A DNA stretch of 40,000 nucleotides. It comes from CrAssphage ZA. Location of the stretch: sequence record MK238400.1. One strand, given 5' to 3'. The notes under the pieces were generated by a model that saw nothing but the letters and a program-made list of their open reading frames with translations, had not been told where the DNA came from and made no database searches. Shown piece after piece: positions 35,401 to 40,000 of this stretch (its first letter is position 1; each line of letters opens with the position of its first letter). Position numbers and translations under genes: made by a program.

Positions 35401-38400
35401 TAGCAACTATTTCAATATGTTCAAATATACTACCGTCTTGACTAAAATTACGTTTAATCCAATCAACTTTTTGAGCAGGAGTAAGTCTAGCAAATACATC
35501 AATTTCAGTTTGTGTAGGCTCAAATATATTTTTAACTACAACATCATCTGTTTTAATATTAACTAATGTACCACTAACTCGTCCAATTTCTAAAGCTCTA
35601 GATTGACCAGTACCATATTCTTTAATAAATTTAGGATGAACAAAATCACCATCAACAATAGTAACAGGTAAATTAAGATAAGAACTACCATTATTACCTA
35701 CTTCTAGTTTATTAATAAGATAATCTTTATAATCATTATATAACTTTTCAGTCATTATTCCACCTTTAGTCCATTCTGCTATTCTATATACATAATCAAT
35801 AAATATAGGATTAGCAGTTTCAAATACTTGTTGAGTAGCTTTAACACTAAGAGCAGTACTCATTTGTAAAAATGCAGCTAAACTAGGATAACTACTTCTA
35901 GATATATCAGATTTAATAAATGCATTTATACCACCACTAATATCAGGAAATACACTCTCTAACAGCAAGGTTTGACCCCCCGTAGAGGATGGAGCATAAA
36001 TATTACTATTCTCAATAACAGTTCTAGCATCTCTAAATACTTTATCACTAGCATAAAAACTTTGTTTAGCACCATATTTATCAGCACTAAGAATATTAAG
36101 ATTATTACTTATATCCTGTCCAATTGAGTTTAACCGATTGAATTGTGCTAGAACATAAAGGTCAAATAAAGCCTGCTGAACGCCATTCATTTCCCCTCTA
36201 AGACGAGATTTATATGCATCTGATGAAAATATAAGGTCAGGTGATGAAAATGCGTCAGAAACGCTTAAATTGAATAATTTCTTGAAAGTTTCACCATAAC
36301 TTTCATTAATAATATCAATTAGCTTTTTACGTCCAGCAAAATTAACTTTTTCACCAAAACCAAGATTATGAGCAACTTCTCTAATAGCTTCAGTAAGCGG
36401 ATTTTTAGTACCTTCTGCAAGAACACTATTAGTTTCTTTCCATTTACGAACTAGTATATCAATAGCAGGTTGCCACATAAATCCAATAGCAGTATCATAA
36501 TTACTTCCAAAGTCAACAATGGTTTTAAAAGCATTAAACGTATAAGTATTTTCATTATGTATAGCTCCCTCTTTCATAGCATCGAGAATATGAGCAGTAG
36601 TCTGAGAACTATAAGGATTAATCAAATAGCCATCAACATTCTTATCATCTCCAGACCAACCAAAATTTTTATGAGTAATACGAATATGTTTATTACCAAT
36701 AGTTTCAACATTTTCTTTACCATATCTATTAACAGCTTCTTGCTCACTAATCACATCAGTAGTGTACATAACTTTAATACCTTCACTATGATTAGCTTTA
36801 GTAACATTACCAATACTCATAAAAGTATCTCTATTAACACTTATACCTTTAAGTTTAATACCAGAAGTAGCAGCATCAAACCAATCAAGTTGAGTAAAGA
36901 AATCACTAGGAGCAACAGTTGTTTTATTAGCGCCAACTATTTCTGCATAAGTTTCATTAGCTTCTTTGACATTTTCAAAATTAGAAGTAGTAGTATTTTC
37001 TTCAAATGCAGCAGGATTATTAAGTATATCAATAAATGATTGAATAATAGCATTAGTTCTAGCAGCTTGACTACTTGTATCCTCCACGGGGAGTTTCAAG
37101 TATGATTCGTAAGACTTAAGTCCACTATCATTAGCAATTTTTTCAACAACTTTAAGATTACCATTATAACCTTCAAGAATAGCATTAATAGCATCTTCGC
37201 TATTTTTTAAAGAAGCTCTAATATTACCTTGTTTATTATAAGTTTTACCAAGAATCTTACGACTAGCTTTATCTACATTATCTTTAACATAATTAATATA
37301 CCCTACTTCATCTTTAGTATATCTAGCATGAGTAATTTCAGTTGGAATACCTTTAACAAGATTAAATGTTTTAGACATACCATAAACACTATCAACGTCA
37401 AAGTCAGAACCAGTTTGAGTAACCCATTCATCAGGAACAACAACAGTACTACCATAAGCATCTGGAAGAAACTCCTTAACATACATAATACATATAGATT
37501 GCTTACCTTCAGTAGGAATACGATAACCAATCATAGTACGTAAATTATCAGGAACATTATTAATATCTATTCCTTTAAGTTTACTACTCCATCTAGGAAG
37601 TTTAATTTCAGTATAATAAACAGGAGTGCCATCAACTTCTCCAATCTTTTTATATTGAAGTTTACTATCTGTTTGAGTTTGTTTATCAACTTTAAATCCA
37701 AAATCAGATAGCTGAGCAGCATGCCAACCGCTAATAAGTTGTCTAGTAATATTAGTATTAAAATAACTATTAGCAATACTTTCAAGTTTACTACTAATGT
37801 TAGATAAGAATAAAGGAAGATTGTTAAATCCAACACTATCTAAATCGAAAAACTCAAGAAGAGCTTTTTCAACTCCTTGTTGTTGAGCATTTTCTTTAAA
37901 TCTATCAAAAAATACAAAACGATTAAGATTTTTAATAGTACCATTAGAATTTAAATCAATATGACCATTATCATCTAATCCAATACCAAGTTCAGCACAA
38001 GTTTTTTCAAAACTATTTCTAATATTAGCTACATAATTATTAAATACTTTATCTTTAAGTTCATTAAGTTCAGTTCGATTAGGAAGATTATCAAGCATTT
38101 TCTTCATAATCTGAATAGCAGCTTTATTACTAGCATCAACCATATGCTGAGGAACTTCTTGTTGGCGATAAAGATAATTATAACTAAATAGTTCAGAATT
38201 ATCAAATACATTATTATCAAATTCTTTAAGAGCTTCATCAGTTAAAACACCATCATTATTCCAAAGCGTCATTCTATTATGTTGTGCAACTTTAACAGTT
38301 TCAACAGTATTAATTTGATGAATACCTCTATTAGTCATTATATTATAAACTTTTTCAAGTTCTGTTCCTTTAATAAGTTTAGGAATAAGAACAAACTCAG

Positions 38401-40000
38401 CATTCTTTACTTGTCTAGGAACTTCAATACCAACAGTAGTATCATAATATAAATCATAATAGAAATTCTTTTGAATTTGAACTTTATTAGCAAATTTAGT
38501 CCAATCAATTTTATCTATTGGAGTATCATCTGTAAGACTTTGAATAAGTCCAGCATATTTATCTAATTCACCAGCAGCAGTAATACGACGAATCCATTCT
38601 TCAAGAGTAATATAAGATTGAGCATCATTAGCATTAACTCCTCCTTTAAATGGTTCTAGTATTCGTTCTCTATCTTTTTTATCAAGTCCAGCTTTTTTAA
38701 GTTGGTCATCGAGTCTATCAATAACAACTTTATCAGAGGCTTTAAAAGTATTATAAATAGTAACACCTCTAAATTTATCTTGAAGAACTACTTTTTTACG
38801 TTTAGTAACACCATTAACAATATAAGGAACAGTAACAGCATTACCTTTAATAGTTATATCATATAAATCAGTAGCTATATCTAAATCATTTTTAGTAAAA
38901 TCAGTATTACCAAAAGGATTACCACTAGCTTGTACTTCTTTAATACGTTTTAGAATAGCTTGACCATTCTTATAAAAACTTTGGTCACCACCATACATAT
39001 CGTACATACTATCTCTAACAAGATAATCATTAACTAGAAATTCAGCTAAAGATTCATTATTAATTCTATCATCAATAAATGTACCATATTTATTTTTAAG
39101 TTCTTTATAACCATTAGTTATATATTCATTTAACCAATTAGCAACAGTATCTTCAAGAGCAATACGTTGTTCTCCATTAAGAACTACTTGATTATTAACA
39201 TAGCTAAGTCCACGTGTAGACCCCCCGTAGAGGATGTCAATAGTCTTACCATACCCAATTAGCTCATTAAATGCTCCATTACTATTAGGAGTAATTTTAC
39301 TAACTAAACGTTTAAAACTAAATACTCTACCAGCTAAAACTTTGTGTCCATCTTTAGTAGTAAATACATTACCTTTTCCATCTTTATGATATTGATTATA
39401 AAAATGTTCAGGTTTATTATTATAAGTATCACTAAATTCAAAATCTCCATTAGTTAAAATAGGATTACCATTAGCATTAGTTTTAAACATTACATTAACA
39501 GCTTGAGCCATATTAGTAAGTTCTTGAATAACTATATTATAATACTGTTTAAATAATGGATGTTCTCTATTTATAATTTTAGTTCCATTTTCTAGTTGAC
39601 TACGTAATCCAGCAAGACTATATCTAGGAGCAGTAATAGTAAAGTTTTTAGGAGCATCACTAGGTATAGGAAGTAAATAATTAGCAGTAGGAGTTTCAGA
39701 ATTATTAATATCAGTCATAAATAATCCCATAGCAGTAATTAAATAATCACCATCACTCATACTACGATATAAGTCATTATTGTTATTATCTAATTCGCTA
39801 ATACCATTAAGAAGAGAAGTTTTAAACATACTACGAGCATATTCGGTAAGTTTAGGAGTTCCATTTCCAACTCTTCTAAATAGTCCATAATTAATTATAT
39901 TACCATTACTATCTCTATGTTCAAGAAGTAAATTACTATAATCATATTGATGACTAGCAAACTTTTGTCTAGCATAAGCTTCAGCCATAGCGTTTTGTTC
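29489..40000 (-). CDS. Giant crAss-like virion RNA polymerase multidomain protein (partial; open at window edge)
   Basis: Single ORF of 3499 aa from an ATG at 39988, with no in-frame stop upstream (EQNA- precedes). GSDFDVDSVYG at residues 862-866 (37391-37405) matches the DFDxD catalytic signature of crAss-like phage RNAPs; TM-like C-terminal segment LLYVGAAIIGAIAITGMGG. Confidence 0.85.
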   Translation of the reverse strand, partial: EQNAMAEAYARQKFASHQYDYSNLLLEHRDSNGNIINYGLFRRVGNGTPKLTEYARSMFKTSLLNGISELDNNNNDLYRSMSDGDYLITAMGLFMTDINNSETPTANYLLPIPSDAPKNFTITAPRYSLAGLRSQLENGTKIINREHPLFKQYYNIVIQELTNMAQAVNVMFKTNANGNPILTNGDFEFSDTYNNKPEHFYNQYHKDGKGNVFTTKDGHKVLAGRVFSFKRLVSKITPNSNGAFNELIGYGKTIDILYGGSTRGLSYVNNQVVLNGEQRIALEDTVANWLNEYITNGYKELKNKYGTFIDDRINNESLAEFLVNDYLVRDSMYDMYGGDQSFYKNGQAILKRIKEVQASGNPFGNTDFTKNDLDIATDLYDITIKGNAVTVPYIVNGVTKRKKVVLQDKFRGVTIYNTFKASDKVVIDRLDDQLKKAGLDKKDRERILEPFKGGVNANDAQSYITLEEWIRRITAAGELDKYAGLIQSLTDDTPIDKIDWTKFANKVQIQKNFYYDLYYDTTVGIEVPRQVKNAEFVLIPKLIKGTELEKVYNIMTNRGIHQINTVETVKVAQHNRMTLWNNDGVLTDEALKEFDNNVFDNSELFSYNYLYRQQEVPQHMVDASNKAAIQIMKKMLDNLPNRTELNELKDKVFNNYVANIRNSFEKTCAELGIGLDDNGHIDLNSNGTIKNLNRFVFFDRFKENAQQQGVEKALLEFFDLDSVGFNNLPLFLSNISSKLESIANSYFNTNITRQLISGWHAAQLSDFGFKVDKQTQTDSKLQYKKIGEVDGTPVYYTEIKLPRWSSKLKGIDINNVPDNLRTMIGYRIPTEGKQSICIMYVKEFLPDAYGSTVVVPDEWVTQTGSDFDVDSVYGMSKTFNLVKGIPTEITHARYTKDEVGYINYVKDNVDKASRKILGKTYNKQGNIRASLKNSEDAINAILEGYNGNLKVVEKIANDSGLKSYESYLKLPVEDTSSQAARTNAIIQSFIDILNNPAAFEENTTTSNFENVKEANETYAEIVGANKTTVAPSDFFTQLDWFDAATSGIKLKGISVNRDTFMSIGNVTKANHSEGIKVMYTTDVISEQEAVNRYGKENVETIGNKHIRITHKNFGWSGDDKNVDGYLINPYSSQTTAHILDAMKEGAIHNENTYTFNAFKTIVDFGSNYDTAIGFMWQPAIDILVRKWKETNSVLAEGTKNPLTEAIREVAHNLGFGEKVNFAGRKKLIDIINESYGETFKKLFNLSVSDAFSSPDLIFSSDAYKSRLRGEMNGVQQALFDLYVLAQFNRLNSIGQDISNNLNILSADKYGAKQSFYASDKVFRDARTVIENSNIYAPSSTGGQTLLLESVFPDISGGINAFIKSDISRSSYPSLAAFLQMSTALSVKATQQVFETANPIFIDYVYRIAEWTKGGIMTEKLYNDYKDYLINKLEVGNNGSSYLNLPVTIVDGDFVHPKFIKEYGTGQSRALEIGRVSGTLVNIKTDDVVVKNIFEPTQTEIDVFARLTPAQKVDWIKRNFSQDGSIFEHIEIVANDERNNRRNVNIQYINYIQGDITNDEAHRLFDRAWNHPNPFIKLTALDLVKYAFIVEGHKFRTRNISRLISNTPLRGLSENGIAIGDIAMKGINSYGLIDKDNIEDIIGFIRKNYNSFNCPSYTFKRLTNNKINYSLKRSGIITFNGQENLDNVGIIRNGDAVNVIRINRNLYIKGTYDGTLAYYPIDRLESFETYNSIEPSIIANNNIHKPLAVLLYEGLTQQEKRDKFIDGIKDNINEAVNKGYKEVPELYSKYISDEYFQPFMNTPFENNTIYTINDKFYLNINETTAINLSDDLKQYKAKYPNIEDNKLGLFIEINENEIDRVTSNTDRYSSVDDQTPIGRFAKNASLIISRAVRHGQPAAQNVLNALNNAEINYLDSSSLSDNSEFSLSVIANYIDVEANNILNDINRFIKIDGIDKPINDKDVISKVLKDEQLQNRFLDVILSANTFKNKYKLISEIDIDSTNLDDKTKENIRKIQKLVNQVDSNTTVHSARKDWFERWIQLRTTNPNYISGLMKEFDAYGDTGFMDYWIQDIRANRNFVLQNILKDVMGTVEEGRLNGIKESNDFRNYLKELKSRATKDGKSVSLDSIIDDDGRLIQPNNPVWEEKMKKYRDAAIEAEQKFGINSVEHLIVLSNKAKFIDMTTIHQLKPITVQDEDGNNVTIEYSTYIINLERSLLGLKKGDDGIPKEFAEYKRLNSRIRDILSQATDNVTTQSQDEELGRIYAQMDSLTSLYDEDGNKKIGHDLNVAERLRAYQTNIRKVKEMFYDKQAKEGFDSKLKEQLSIISKYESQRDANGNLLISMEELMKVPEYYEAKEWIRKNTRYILDIKDIEDLNWAFEELKDANKGNSVLNLAIKEFQAKDEFNVVDGRKIPEERAALIKAETVRKYKYTKGNGMPYVGIIRSAEDELRIYRADFYNYLTGNKSKSEEEINVGEAINKILEKYFDNATRTLNTADISQEDLEQLKTGFEVFNEITRGEKSTDKAKAKRVAEFIESECDVAYNWKQYELDKNRAFAKGKKYYDKWLEVFSEQVEENGTIAKRPNRTIYGIIKPKDLDKWTDIDKTAAINILQKRTRETTTQYYYMKEKEVLDKYGIDSVEYKQWYRDNHYFDPYTRTIKPIRIWTTMQMIKDDGSAVVGNYEPRINQMHITPKEELVNPEYSSFVNKYKVGTGYDNPNYTNLNEYQLELMNKVNELMKKYCFTNSNKRYVDMGYLPALPKSKDMTVKDYFEQALSFLGWTANVPNNTGWRNNEDLTFDKDYDIPNPRLSQLANKDTQQLPTIPKFKEPNESDEEFSKRKAAAIKARDEIIEKNNKIHNDILNRNWEEVFNSFLIESNRYNAIKTVKNLLYTADQIITSNTAYDINYKGSISENREASAGGEIEYKQEQQTRTSQHLRSFIRRLVFEQYKDNKIPNLVKLGSLAQNIAGSKYMMMNITGGIANVLTGSSNIFMERAAGEYINLKDWEFGKSEWVKGTVSYMANMYSENSSTIQDAIIKLSHVVDFDRVTEVSTAEGLKENIRRVRGLLFSPQSVGEHYMQNVMLFAMLKSHRLVDNGRGGYDIMSKEMYHRKAEQDALMSVINTPRRGESQSLLEQFNKFMDDAKADNKKRAKYNLFKANPIFDFVKTYLNEEQQREYIAKRKELIKNINKEFAKLPDIYNQFELKDGIAQIKPDSKLTLKEYAKFIDKVREVNKKVHGVYDKLGSANIEQHWWGGMVMQYHKHLYPGFKKRYRWNGYYNETLGTIEKGSYTSLYDYLTIPFKESNVGEINNVSDVLKAFQTYGKNLLSFAVNFKLNYELLPEHEKANIRRNLGDLLYVGAAIIGAIAITGMGGDDDESIIYNLMLYHADRLASEAASFTPFGAYAEGKKLWSSPVAIGQTINDLLGTIAMAARFLIEEDFTEEYTTGRYKGMNKFEVMAVRNIPVVRSINRVLDLPNNNSYYKLDENILSIIPYKDIAKDIFE
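30616..30634 (-). repeat. Dispersed GC-rich repeat inside the giant ORF
   Basis: TCCTCTACGGGGAGT core; gene strand reads NTPRRGE. Confidence 0.85.
35170..35185 (-). repeat. Dispersed GC-rich repeat, degenerate, inside the giant ORF
   Basis: ATCCTCTAAGGGGAGT; gene strand reads NTPLRGL. Confidence 0.65.
35975..35993 (+). repeat. Dispersed GC-rich repeat inside the giant ORF
   Basis: ACCCCCCGTAGAGGATGGA; gene strand reads APSSTGGQ, the same frame as the PolB copy. Confidence 0.92.
37076..37094 (-). repeat. Dispersed GC-rich repeat inside the giant ORF
   Basis: ATCCTCCACGGGGAGT core; gene strand reads KLPVEDT. Confidence 0.85.
39220..39238 (+). repeat. Dispersed GC-rich repeat inside the giant ORF
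   Basis: ACCCCCCGTAGAGGATG; gene strand reads DILYGGS. Confidence 0.88.

Noticed and set aside
29644-37836. Plus-strand ORFs inside 29.6-37.8 kb
   Set aside because: Low-complexity antisense readings of the giant RNAP ORF.
1-40000. Stop-codon reassignment (TAG or TGA recoding, known in some crAss-like phages)
   Set aside because: Core genes (PolB, helicase, primase, ligase, giant ORF) are uninterrupted under the standard code, and some genes appear to end in TAG or TGA.

Overview
AT-rich (roughly 30% GC) phage-like DNA that looks like part of a crAss-like (Crassvirales) phage genome. The + strand from about 0.2 to 29.4 kb carries a dense early/replication/nucleotide-metabolism module: RecD/Dda-like SF1 helicase, uracil-DNA-glycosylase-like protein, family B DNA polymerase, SF2/SNF2-like helicase remnant, probable single-strand-annealing protein, two proteins with SSB-like C-terminal tips, TOPRIM primase, ATP-dependent DNA ligase, dNMP kinase, ThyX, Gp157-like protein, DUF932-like protein, dUTPase, thioredoxin-fold proteins and a RepL-like protein. 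Converging on it from the right edge is one giant minus-strand ORF (more than 3,500 aa, open at the window edge). It contains GSDFDVDSVYG, matching the DFDxD signature of crAss-like virion RNA polymerases. The most unusual signals are non-genic: (1) a dispersed GC-rich repeat (core TCCATCCTCTACGGGGRGT), 16 arms in both orientations, sitting between genes as inverted pairs and inside PolB, primase, helicase, ligase and RNAP ORFs where it is read in four different frames; (2) six half-sites TATAAC/GTTATA at exact 11-bp phasing (2088-2148), with two more 17-bp palindromes of the same design at 1721 and 1765, beside a palindrome-rich, compositionally skewed region; (3) three hairpins near 4.25-4.56 kb with an identical GUGA-capped apex and different but still complementary stems; (4) a three-copy leader element with conserved GATTAATCTATCA and, in two copies, compensating arms; (5) a three-copy promoter-like element near the left end. 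No tRNA, rRNA or CRISPR array was recognised. All assignments come from reading the sequence; no database search was run.
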